NCBI GenBank assembly: GCA_050246315.1
Contig: JBFWWG010000004.1
Location: 64,001 to 128,000, forward strand
Length of the DNA stretch: 64,000 bases
Origin: Nitrospiraceae bacterium
Lineage (GTDB): Bacteria > Nitrospirota > Nitrospiria > Nitrospirales > Nitrospiraceae
Direction: 5' to 3'
Shown: positions 30,079-39,400 of the stretch, in pieces
Numbering within the stretch: the stretch's first letter is position 1
How the letters are laid out: each line of letters begins with the position of its first letter
Translations under genes and position numbers: made by a program
Notes under the pieces: model-generated
Database searches by the model: none
The model's input: the letters and a program-made list of their open reading frames with translations, nothing else
What the model was told of the DNA's origin: nothing

Positions 30079-30795
30079 TTACCCGATCTTCCCGGGATAG
30101 AGAATATAGAGCATGGTGTACGTCACGCTTCCCGTGATGAACAGGAGACAATAGATCACCATCGTGAAGGTGCCGAGTGCCCGATGACGGCGCTCGCCAT
30201 TGGGCCACATCCGCTGGATCAGGATCTCAAGACTGAACACGATCGCGAGTACCACGAGGAATCCAAGATACACTTCCAGCTTGCGAAAGGAAAAGCCCGC
30301 GGTCACAACTCGAGAAAGAAACAAACCAACCACAATGCCCGTGATCGATCCGAAGATCAGCCCGATCTTTTTCCAGGACGTCTGAAGAACCGCATCCTTC
30401 AGGACGCGCCGCTCGCTCACGATCGCCTGTGAACGGAACCCCAGGACGATCATATAGATCGCCATCACAATCCCGATGATCACGAGGATGATGTGGAAGG
30501 TCAACAATGGAATGAACACCCCATGATAGAGTGCCTCGGGCCCGCCAAATCCTTCTTTCCCCTCGAATGCCAACACCCCGAGAGAGCGAAACAGATAGTA
30601 GTTCACAAAGAACACCAGCATCGCGATCATGCCGCCGAGCATGAGCCAATGATGAGCATGGCCTTGTTTCCGCTTGGCTTGCACCCACCCCACGATGAAC
30701 AGCGCCGTGAACAGCGTCGCCATCAATTGGCTCAGGTCCGCACCGACCGTCGCGTGCGTGGCAAAAAACCCCGGTTGTCGAAGCCATTCGGTCAT
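30079..30795 (-). CDS. DUF420 (CtaM-like) membrane protein
   Basis: GWVQAKRKQGHAHHWLM, FHIIL, RRHRALG, TGSVTYTMLY; ATG 30795 overlaps the methyltransferase stop. Confidence 0.75.
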   Translation of the reverse strand: MTEWLRQPGFFATHATVGADLSQLMATLFTALFIVGWVQAKRKQGHAHHWLMLGGMIAMLVFFVNYYLFRSLGVLAFEGKEGFGGPEALYHGVFIPLLTFHIILVIIGIVMAIYMIVLGFRSQAIVSERRVLKDAVLQTSWKKIGLIFGSITGIVVGLFLSRVVTAGFSFRKLEVYLGFLVVLAIVFSLEILIQRMWPNGERRHRALGTFTMVIYCLLFITGSVTYTMLYILYPGKIG

Positions 30796-31787
30796 GGAGT
30801 GTCTGAGGCCGGACGGCGCCCTTGAACCACGGCGGTGGGTTCGAGTTCCTCGGCCGATTCGAATCCGGCTTGGGCCATCCATCCCAAGGCTTCGCTCGTC
30901 TTGTAGCAACGGCCTTGTGCGGTATTGACCAGGATGTGGACCGCGAACGCGGTCGTCCAGGCAGGGGCGGTCCCGCTCTCGGCCAAAAAGCGGTCTTTGA
31001 TGACCAGCCTGCCGCCTGGCAACAGGTGGTGGAAGCATTTCGCGACCAAGGCGGCATTCATCTCAAAGTCCTGATAGTGGAGAATATCGGACATCAGAAT
31101 AAGATCATACGGACCACCCAGCGAGTCGCGGTTGAAATTTCCTCGCCGCAAACGGATGCGGGATTCCATTCCGGCATCTTTCACGATCCGCTCGGTCAGG
31201 CGCAGAGTTTCGGGCAAGTCGAACACGGTGGCCGCCAGGTCGGGATAGGTCTGACAGAACGCCAGCGCATTCGTCCCAGCCCCACCGCCCAAATCCAGCA
31301 TCGTGCGGGCACGTCCCAAATCAAGACGCTTCGCAAATCCGGGGCCGGACTGTTGACCAATGCGATGGAGCACCGACAGCACGTTCGCGCCGAGCTCCGG
31401 ATCCGTTTCGAACACATGCCGATCGACCGACGATCGTCCGGTTCGAATCGCCGTCTCAAGTCGCCCCCAATTCTCCCATTCGGCGTCATGCAGCACCAGG
31501 AGGTGACCGACGTACTGCGGAGATCGTTTTACCAAATGCTGTTGGGCTGCGGAAGAATTGGCATAGCACTCATCCGGCTGAGCCAGCACTCGCATCGCAA
31601 CCAACGCGTTGAGCAGCAGTGCCAAGGTCCCCTCATGCACCTCCAGCTTGGCGGCCACCTCGCCCGCCGTCCGCGCCTTCCCGTCCAAACAGGAAAACAC
31701 GTCCAGCTTCACGGCGGTCAACAAGATTTTCGTTTCCCAATAATACCCAAGCTGGAAAATTTCAGCCAAAGTCAGGTCGCGAGCCAC
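30792..31787 (-). CDS. Class I SAM-dependent methyltransferase (Methyltransf_2 with dimerisation domain)
   Basis: LDLGGGAG, FDLP, GNFN, DILH, PGGRLVIKD; GTG start 31787 with GGAG RBS. Confidence 0.9.
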   Translation of the reverse strand: MARDLTLAEIFQLGYYWETKILLTAVKLDVFSCLDGKARTAGEVAAKLEVHEGTLALLLNALVAMRVLAQPDECYANSSAAQQHLVKRSPQYVGHLLVLHDAEWENWGRLETAIRTGRSSVDRHVFETDPELGANVLSVLHRIGQQSGPGFAKRLDLGRARTMLDLGGGAGTNALAFCQTYPDLAATVFDLPETLRLTERIVKDAGMESRIRLRRGNFNRDSLGGPYDLILMSDILHYQDFEMNAALVAKCFHHLLPGGRLVIKDRFLAESGTAPAWTTAFAVHILVNTAQGRCYKTSEALGWMAQAGFESAEELEPTAVVQGRRPASDTP

Positions 31788-31969
31788 GTGTACTCCATCA
31801 GGACGAATTCGGGCATAATACCGAGTCCGTTTGAGCAAAGGCAAGGTCACCACGAGAGAACGGGCTTGAGTGCCCTCCTGTGAAAAGCAAGAGGGCAGCA
31901 ACTCATCCGAGCTGCTGCCCTCCGTCTGTTTCGCCCCTGTCGCGTACGCGGATCAGCGCACGCGCACGA

Positions 31970-32758
31970 TTACTTCTTCACTTGAAAATCAGCCTTCACG
32001 GAACCGCCCTCAGGCACATCCACGTCCGCTTCCATCTTGCCGGCGAACGGATGCCAGGCCATGATCTTGTGCTTGCCGGCCGGCACATCCTTGAGCTCGA
32101 ACGTCCCGTCCGCATTCACCACGACATAATTCTTGTTCTGGACCGGGAGGAAGAAGCCCTGCATGAACTCATGCTGATCGCACTGGAGACGGAAGAAGGA
32201 CCCGGCCTTCTCCTGCCGGAGCGTGATCGGCTTTTCGAGCTTGGATCCCTTCTCAGCCAGACCGATATTAAAAATGGTGGCGGAGCTGGGGCCCTTGACC
32301 TCGAAGGAATGCGGGTTGTGGAGCACGCCCTTCACCGACTTCGGATCGTCGGGGTCCGCATCGTGGTTCTCGACACGGAAATTCTTCTTGTTCACGACGA
32401 TGCCGCTGAACGGCTGAAAATCACAAAATTCGGCGACCACATCCGTGCCCCCGTAACCGTCCATGAACGCCTTATCCTCGATGTCCCGAACCGACACCAC
32501 CGCGTTCTTCAAGCCCCCATCCTTGCCGACTTCAATCGTCTTGAGGAAACGCTTATCCCCATCCATAACATCCTTGTTCGGAATCTTGGGGCAGAACTTC
32601 GGATTCGGGAACTTGGAAAACATGAATTCCTTCTGCTCGGCCTTGCCGGCATAGGTCACCTTCCCGGTCACGGTGCCGCCGGCAAAGGACGCCAGCGGAG
32701 CCGCCAGGAAGGAGGCCGCAATCAGACCCGACATAGCTAGTAACGAACCTGTCCTCAT
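31970..32758 (-). CDS. Exported protein with cupredoxin-like and carboxypeptidase-regulatory-like domains
   Basis: Signal peptide, GTVTGKV, HNPH, CDQHEFM, DVPAGKHKIMAWHP; start 32758 (AAGGAGG). Confidence 0.8.
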   Translation of the reverse strand: MRTGSLLAMSGLIAASFLAAPLASFAGGTVTGKVTYAGKAEQKEFMFSKFPNPKFCPKIPNKDVMDGDKRFLKTIEVGKDGGLKNAVVSVRDIEDKAFMDGYGGTDVVAEFCDFQPFSGIVVNKKNFRVENHDADPDDPKSVKGVLHNPHSFEVKGPSSATIFNIGLAEKGSKLEKPITLRQEKAGSFFRLQCDQHEFMQGFFLPVQNKNYVVVNADGTFELKDVPAGKHKIMAWHPFAGKMEADVDVPEGGSVKADFQVKK

Positions 32759-32944
32759 GATGACTGCCTCCTTGATGGTTGAACAAAATCTTTCGGTATG
32801 CATGCCGACCAGCCCCAGGAAAATTCTACTCTGTGCCTCAAGGCTCCACAAGGCAGGGGTCGTGAAGCTGGTTGGCCGCACCCATTCCCCTATTTAGGCG
32901 CACGAGTGATCGGAGGGACTGTACCGACTCCCAAAAGAGTCACT

Positions 32945-32973
32945 TTTATACAGAATCCTCCATCGCGAGTCAA
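32945..32973 (-). promoter_or_regulatory. sigma70 promoter for the 32758 gene
   Basis: TTGACT, 17-nt spacer, TATAAA on the minus strand. Confidence 0.6.
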
Positions 32974-33032
32974 CCGTGCCCCAAGCGGCTCCATGCGCCG
33001 TTTGCACGGTCTTGCCCCTTGGAGGAAAAGAC

Positions 33033-34406
33033 TCAGAAGCGTGCGTGGACCGCCTGTTGATCCTGGCGCAGTAGGCGAATCAACGATGCGGCTGCCGTCG
33101 CCTGTACGGCCGCATCCTGGTCACGCAAGGCTTCCTTAAGGTCCGGAATGTGCTCTCGGCTCCCGATGCGCCCCAGGGACCGGGCCGCAGCAATCCTTGG
33201 GCGGGGCAAGGGATCGTGCAGGATCTGATCCAGATAGGCCAGCGCGGCCTGTCGATTCAGCCCCGCACCGCGCCCCAGCGCCTTGGCAACCGCCGAGCGA
33301 GGGCCGGGGTCTTGGGCTCGCATCAAACTACGTACGGCTTCCTCGATCTCAGGGAAAGGCTCGCCCAATCTAAGCATGGAGTCCACGGCCGCACCTTTCA
33401 CTCCGGGATCGGGGTCGTGAAACGCTTTTCGAAGAACGGGGACGGCCTCTTTCCTGCTCAATTCCCCCAGCGCGACCGCCGCGCTGGATCGCACGGCGGG
33501 AATCTTGTCGTTCATCAGCGTAACGAGCGGCTCCAATCCTTCCGCCTTGCCGAACAAACCCAATGCCGCAGCCGCCCCTCCTCGCACAGACGGTTGTGGA
33601 TCACGGCTTCCCGCAATCGCGAACTCCAGGCCGCGTGGGTCCTTGAGTTCTCCCATCACACGCAAGGCGGTGCTCCTGGCCTCGGGGTTTGCCGCCTTGG
33701 CGGCCTGAGTCAGTCCGGTCCAGGATTCTTTGCGGCCGAAACGCAGCAAGGCTCCGATGGCCTGCACCCGTACCATCGGTTGCTCGTCGTTCAGCGCCTG
33801 CTCAAGGAGCGGTCGCTCGCGCTTGTCGCCGTTGAGCCCGACCGCTCGTACGACATTGGCCCGAACCATCGAGGCCTGATCCTCCATCGCCTTGCGCAAC
33901 CTCGGCGACTTCCGGCCGTTCTGCAATTGGCTCAAGGCCTCGGCCGCCAGCGCCCGGACAAGCCCCGACCCGTCGCTCAGACCATCTTCGAGATCTGGCA
34001 CGACGTCCTCGGACTCCAGCTCCTTCAACGCTGTATATGCGGCACCTCGCATCTGTTCGCGCATATCTTTGAACAACACCCGAATGAATCCCATCGCGAC
34101 GGTCTCCAGCAGCGCCTCCTCGTCGCGGCCTTGGTCCTTCGCCACTTGGTCGTAGACGTCCAACGCATCCTTGGGACGCCCGAGTTCGATGAGCGTTTTG
34201 GTCTTGAGCGTGCGGGCGTGGGTGGACAGCGAACGGTTGTCGCCCAGACGATCCAACAACTCCAGGGTCTGAGGATAACGCCGTTCCGAAAATGCGCCCT
34301 CCGCCTCCCGTTCGAGGGCACCGGCTGAAGGAGCCTCAGCACCCTCGACGTCCGGGCCGAAGAACAGCAGGCCCAGACACAGCAGCGCTCCCGTTCTCAT
34401 CATCAT
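33033..34406 (-). CDS. Exported HEAT-repeat protein
   Basis: Signal peptide, TPR-like N-terminus, about 10 LxD...VRxxAAxALG repeats. Confidence 0.9.
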   Translation of the reverse strand: MMMRTGALLCLGLLFFGPDVEGAEAPSAGALEREAEGAFSERRYPQTLELLDRLGDNRSLSTHARTLKTKTLIELGRPKDALDVYDQVAKDQGRDEEALLETVAMGFIRVLFKDMREQMRGAAYTALKELESEDVVPDLEDGLSDGSGLVRALAAEALSQLQNGRKSPRLRKAMEDQASMVRANVVRAVGLNGDKRERPLLEQALNDEQPMVRVQAIGALLRFGRKESWTGLTQAAKAANPEARSTALRVMGELKDPRGLEFAIAGSRDPQPSVRGGAAAALGLFGKAEGLEPLVTLMNDKIPAVRSSAAVALGELSRKEAVPVLRKAFHDPDPGVKGAAVDSMLRLGEPFPEIEEAVRSLMRAQDPGPRSAVAKALGRGAGLNRQAALAYLDQILHDPLPRPRIAAARSLGRIGSREHIPDLKEALRDQDAAVQATAAASLIRLLRQDQQAVHARF

Positions 34407-34434
34407 CGACGGAATGGAACGCGACACGACGAGT

Positions 34435-35376
34435 CTACTGTTGGTATTCAACAAGGGGTTCGATCGCGACAGGATGTCCGAGAGACTCCGGCCCAAATCG
34501 AGGGTTTTCCATCACCTTGAAAGCCGACCGATTTCCCCTCGGCGCTTCAAGGACAACGTCCTCGGTAACACGCCCGTTGGGAGCCACCGTCACCGTTTTG
34601 GAGATGCTGGGACCGGATTGAGGGTGCCAGATGACAAGTTGATAGGTTCCGGGCGGAATATGATCAAGACGATAGGTACCGTCGGCCGCGGTCACGGCGT
34701 AATAGGGGTTGGTCACCGCCACAGCCCAGCTCTCCATAAATGCATGGAAGCCGCACTGCATGTAAAAGGTGCGCCGGCCGTGGTTGAGATAGATCGGTCC
34801 GACCAACGATCTTCCTGGCTCATGATCGTGGGTCGCGTGCAGGTCACCCCGGTGATGGCGGACGTTCATGCGCAGGGGCGAATTGAACAGGACTCGCGTC
34901 CCGGCCTGCAAGGAGGTCTCATAGCCTTGGATATCGTGCATGACCGGGTCCATGTTCACGACTTCCACGGCGTGGCCGTTCCGCACGATCGTGACAAAGG
35001 GTGTGAATTTGCAATCGCGCGCTTCAACGAGCGGAACCGACAACTCGAACGGTTTGCCGCTTTCGATCCCTTCAAGAAACACGACGGTGTCCTTGAGACC
35101 CCCTCCCTGATCGACGACAAAATCGTAATGCAACCGCCAGCCCTTCCCGTTGGAAATGCGTCCGCAGTATTGAGGATCGGGAAACGTGATCAGGTTAAAC
35201 CCCTTCGGCTCCGGCACCGCGCCTTGCAAGGTTACACGCCCCTCAATCGTGCCACCGTCCTTCACCTCGATCACCTCATACGCCGACGCCTGCGCCGGAA
35301 GTCCCAGGGCCAGGACGATCGCGCAGCAGACGAGCCTGCCTACCAAGAACCTGGTACCGACCATACGACCGCTCAT
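34435..35376 (-). CDS. Exported cupredoxin-like/carboxypeptidase-regulatory-like protein
   Basis: Signal peptide, NMDPVMHDIQ, QCGFHAFME, IPPGTYQLVIWHP. Confidence 0.8.
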   Translation of the reverse strand: MSGRMVGTRFLVGRLVCCAIVLALGLPAQASAYEVIEVKDGGTIEGRVTLQGAVPEPKGFNLITFPDPQYCGRISNGKGWRLHYDFVVDQGGGLKDTVVFLEGIESGKPFELSVPLVEARDCKFTPFVTIVRNGHAVEVVNMDPVMHDIQGYETSLQAGTRVLFNSPLRMNVRHHRGDLHATHDHEPGRSLVGPIYLNHGRRTFYMQCGFHAFMESWAVAVTNPYYAVTAADGTYRLDHIPPGTYQLVIWHPQSGPSISKTVTVAPNGRVTEDVVLEAPRGNRSAFKVMENPRFGPESLGHPVAIEPLVEYQQ

Positions 35377-35397
35377 GCCATAACCTCCGAAGAATGT

Positions 35398-36315
35398 TTA
35401 GGGTCTCTGTAATTCCAAGGTCGGGCGGATGTCGATCGAGCGTCCGAGGGCCTCCAGCCCGAAGTGAGGATTCTCGACGATTTCATGCGCGCTCCGACGT
35501 CCCGTCGGCGCCTTAAACTCAAAGGAAGCCGTCGCGGTTTCTCCGGCTTTCACCGTGATGTTCTGCTGCAACATCGGCCCGGTCTGAGGATGCCAGGCGG
35601 CCACTGCATAGTCGCCGGGCGGTACCTCTGCCAGAGAAAAACTCCCGTCCGGCCCCGTGATCGCATAATACGGATGCTCGATCGCCAGCCCCCAACTCTC
35701 CATGTAGGCATGGAACCCGCACTGCATGACGAAGATGCGGCGCTCCTTGGTCATGCGGACCTTCTGGACCACCGGTTCGCCGGCGATATGCTTATGGTAT
35801 TCGGCCCCGACTCCGGATCTTGGATGGTGCGGATTCATCGGCAGGGGTACATTGAACAGCACACGCGGTCCCAGATTGGAGGTTTCATAAGCCTGAATGT
35901 CATGCATCACCGGGTCCATATTCACGACCTTCACGTCATGATCGTCACGCACCACAGTGACGAAGGGGAGAAACCGACAATCGCGCGCCTCGATCGTCGG
36001 CGGGGTAAAGGCGAACGGCTTGCCTTGTTTCACCTCGGTCAACATCACCACGACATCCTTCAGCCCGCCGCCCTGAGACACCGTAAACTCTTCGAGGATG
36101 CGCCATCCGGTGCCCGTTGAGATGCGTCCGCAATAGACGGGATCCGGAAACGTAATGAGGTTGAACCCTTTGGGAATCGGCTTCCCACCGGTGATAGTCA
36201 CCTTCCCAGCAATCGTCCCTCCATCCACGACCGCCATCTCATCGTAGGCACCCGCCTGGGGCGCAAACCACACAACCCACAGCGCCATCACTGCGAATCG
36301 AATCAATCGAACCAT
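35398..36315 (-). CDS. Exported cupredoxin-like/carboxypeptidase-regulatory-like protein (tandem paralog)
   Basis: Start 36315 (GGAGG); NMDPVMHDIQ, QCGFHAYME; highly similar to the 34435..35376 product. Confidence 0.8.
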   Translation of the reverse strand: MVRLIRFAVMALWVVWFAPQAGAYDEMAVVDGGTIAGKVTITGGKPIPKGFNLITFPDPVYCGRISTGTGWRILEEFTVSQGGGLKDVVVMLTEVKQGKPFAFTPPTIEARDCRFLPFVTVVRDDHDVKVVNMDPVMHDIQAYETSNLGPRVLFNVPLPMNPHHPRSGVGAEYHKHIAGEPVVQKVRMTKERRIFVMQCGFHAYMESWGLAIEHPYYAITGPDGSFSLAEVPPGDYAVAAWHPQTGPMLQQNITVKAGETATASFEFKAPTGRRSAHEIVENPHFGLEALGRSIDIRPTLELQRP

Positions 36316-36379
36316 GACCGGCCTCCGCTCGACGGTTCGTCCACAAGTATGTGTGTTCAGTCTACAAGACCCTGTCACC

Positions 36380-36413
36380 AAAAAGAAGGGGGAGCCAGAC
36401 TCTGGCTCCCCCT
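36380..36413 (-). terminator. Rho-independent terminator after the multicopper oxidase
   Basis: GGGGGAGCCAGA/TCTGGCTCCCCC stem followed by TTCTTTTT. Confidence 0.85.
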
Positions 36414-36442
36414 CCCACACGTTCCTCTCGGTCGATGAAACG

Positions 36443-39400
36443 TTACCGGGAGGCCACCGGACTCACCTGAGCCTCAGCCGGTGAATCGGCCTGCGCCTTC
36501 TTCACTCCGACCGCAGCCCCGGACAACGGTAGCAACCGTTGATCGCCGGACGGTAGGACGCGCACATAGCCCCACTGACCGGACTGCGAATACGGCAGCC
36601 GCTGGTTGCTGTAGGTAAAGTCGCCCACCAACCGATAGGGACCGCCTGCCGACGGGATGAACGCATCGATGACCTCGGAACCGGAATACTCGACGACGCT
36701 GATCATGTCGGCGCCGCGCATGTACGGTTCGATCGGCCACTCGTGCTTCTCTATGCTGAACATCCCGTTCTGCTCGTTGGTCGCACCCAGAATGTGAAGC
36801 CGAACCGGATCTCCCGCATGCGCCTCGATAATAGGCGTCACGGGATCTTCCGGCTTATCGGCCACGCAGGGCTGGAATACGCGGCCCAGCGTGCACCCCA
36901 GCTCTTCCCGGAACTTGTACGGCTCGGACCGGTAGTTCACCCCGGTCAGACCCGCCACGTTCTGGACGTAGGGCATGAAGCTCGTCCCGATGATGTTGTC
37001 TTCGTCCTGGAAGAACAACGAGGCATCCCGGTAGTTCGTCCGGAACTCGTTGCCGGATATCGTCCGGTCTACGATGACATCCACCATCCAGGCATTCTTG
37101 TTGGACACATCGGCTCCGGTCTTCGGATCGCGGTACTTGGAGCCCTTCGGGCCGACCACGACCGCGCCGAAGAGACCATTCCGAGGATTGAGCATCGGAT
37201 TGCCGCCATCCCACACCAGCGACGTGATCTCGCCGTTCGCAGGATCCGCATAGTAGGTGTACGTGCGGCTTTCGCCCGGGGCGACCGTCTGGTCGTTCGG
37301 GTTGTTACCGACGTTCCAGCCAAGCGAGTCCTTCGGATCGAAGGCCAGCGACATGGCCGAGAAGGAAGCACGGCTGCTCTTCATCTTGTTTTTCAAGTTG
37401 ACCTTAATACAATCCCCCACGTTCACGTGCAACGTCAGCGGCATCGGCTGCGCATTCGCCACCGTGGCGATCTCGTCCTCCAGGACATAGATCTTCGCGT
37501 CGGGGTTGGTGATCTGGATCTTCCGCTCGAAGTCCACCTCGATGGCCTCGGGCGCCTTTGCGTTGAACTTCATGTTCGGATAGTCGATCGCCACGACATT
37601 GAACGACTTCACCGGAGCATCGGCCGGACAGACCGGTATTGGTGCCGGAATTTCGTTCCGTCCCGAATAACCGGCAGGGAGCCTCTGCAAATCCGGCTGT
37701 TCCTTGTCGTACACGCGGAGAATCCCCCACCCACCCTCGGACAGCTTGGAAGCCCGTCCGTTGAAGTGGATAAAGTCGCCGGCTTGCAGCCGAGGCCCGC
37801 CGGCTTTCGGCACTACCAGGTCATACCGTTCGGCAATCCCGATATGAATGGAGTTCTTCCGGTTCGCGTCGCCGGCATACCGTTCGGTCAAGAACGTATG
37901 GCCGGACAACGTCCACACCATCGACTCGTTCATCAGCGTATGCAACAGACGAAATACCATCGTATCGCCCACATACGCGCGCAGCAGCGGCGTGTAGGGA
38001 TCACCATGGATCGCGCTGTTGAACACCTGGTGGACATCCGGATTAGAAGCCAATCGCTGGGCGATAGGTCCTGCCCGGAAGTTCAAACCGCTCCCTGTAG
38101 TATGGGTCCCACCGTTAAGGAACGGCATCGGCGTCATGTAGATTTTTTCCGGCATCTGGAACGAGACTGTTTTCCCTGCTTCCAGCGCCACCTCGACCGG
38201 CTGGCCGGGCGGGTTACCGGCGGTCACAATATTCACCGTGTGGGGCACGGTGTCATGAACCTGCACCATCAATTCACGGAAACTGCCGTTTACGTTATGT
38301 CCGACCGGCTCAATCGTCCGAATGTCGGCGATCGGTCCGCTCCGGACCTGCTTCCCGGTCTTGGGATCGTGGTACGTAGACCCGACCGGCTCGGCAATGA
38401 AGGTTCCGAATCCGCCGTGCGGCCAAGTGGTCGCGCCGAAGGCATGGTCGTGCCAGAACACGGTACCCACGTCCGCATCGACCCAGAACCGCTGCCGCAC
38501 GAACTCAACCGTCACGATGTCCTTGGCCGGGTGATCGTGCTTCAGACCCTTGGTCAAGGTAATCGTGTTGCCCTTGATCTCCTTGATGCGGGCGATTTCG
38601 TTGCCCTTGACGTTGTCCGCCCCGACGAGGATCAGGATCTTCGGATGGTATTGGGCCGCGTTCTTCACGGTAATGGTGGTGGCCCCCTTCTTCACAGGCG
38701 CCGTCAACACCGTGTTCATCGGGACAGGCAGTCCCTTCTTGTCCTTCTTCTCCAGCATCGTGAACGGACGCACCGATTGTTCATAGGAGAACCCAGTGAT
38801 CACCCCGTCCGACGCCTGGTTGTCGAACTGGAGGAAGTGCCAGTGCGTATTGATTTTGGATGCCTGGAAGTTCGTGTAGTCGTCGTCCTCCCATTCACTG
38901 GTCAACGTCCAATCCAGGCAGTCGTAGATGTTGCCGCGGACGACCAACGGATACTTGAGGTCATCGTTGGCGCGAATCGCTGCTTCTTCTTCATGCAACA
39001 CATAGATCAAGCCCGTCTGGTCTACGACGGCCGGCTCTTTGCCCTGCGCCTTCGCCAACTTGATCGGGAGCTTGATGAAGTGCACATTGTAATCTTTGCG
39101 TCCGGCGTTTTCGGGACACAAACTCCACACGCCGTTTTCACCGGGCTTGGCTTGATCCAGGCTCTCCTCACCGTTGTCGTCCCGGCGAATCGGCTCAAGC
39201 CACGGGGCACCGACGTGATTCGGGGAGAACATCACACGCTTCCCGAAATGCGGCGTCAGGTGCGGCCAAGCCACACGCCCGGTCGTCGGCTCGAACGTGA
39301 TCGGATGACGCTTGCCCGGATGTGTCGACTTGTACTTGGGACTGTCAAACGTGCTTTCCTTCTCTGACATCGCCTTGTTGCCGTCCCAGATCCAATCCAA

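Noticed and set aside
29511..31787. Photosynthesis genes (BchB tail, BchU-like methylase)
   Set aside because: Only generic domains; no bch/chl catalytic genes are present.
32760..32944. Possible cobalamin or Moco riboswitch in the ~180-nt leader
   Set aside because: Only an AGGGGAA-like fragment is present and core conserved elements were not found; an Rfam search would be needed.
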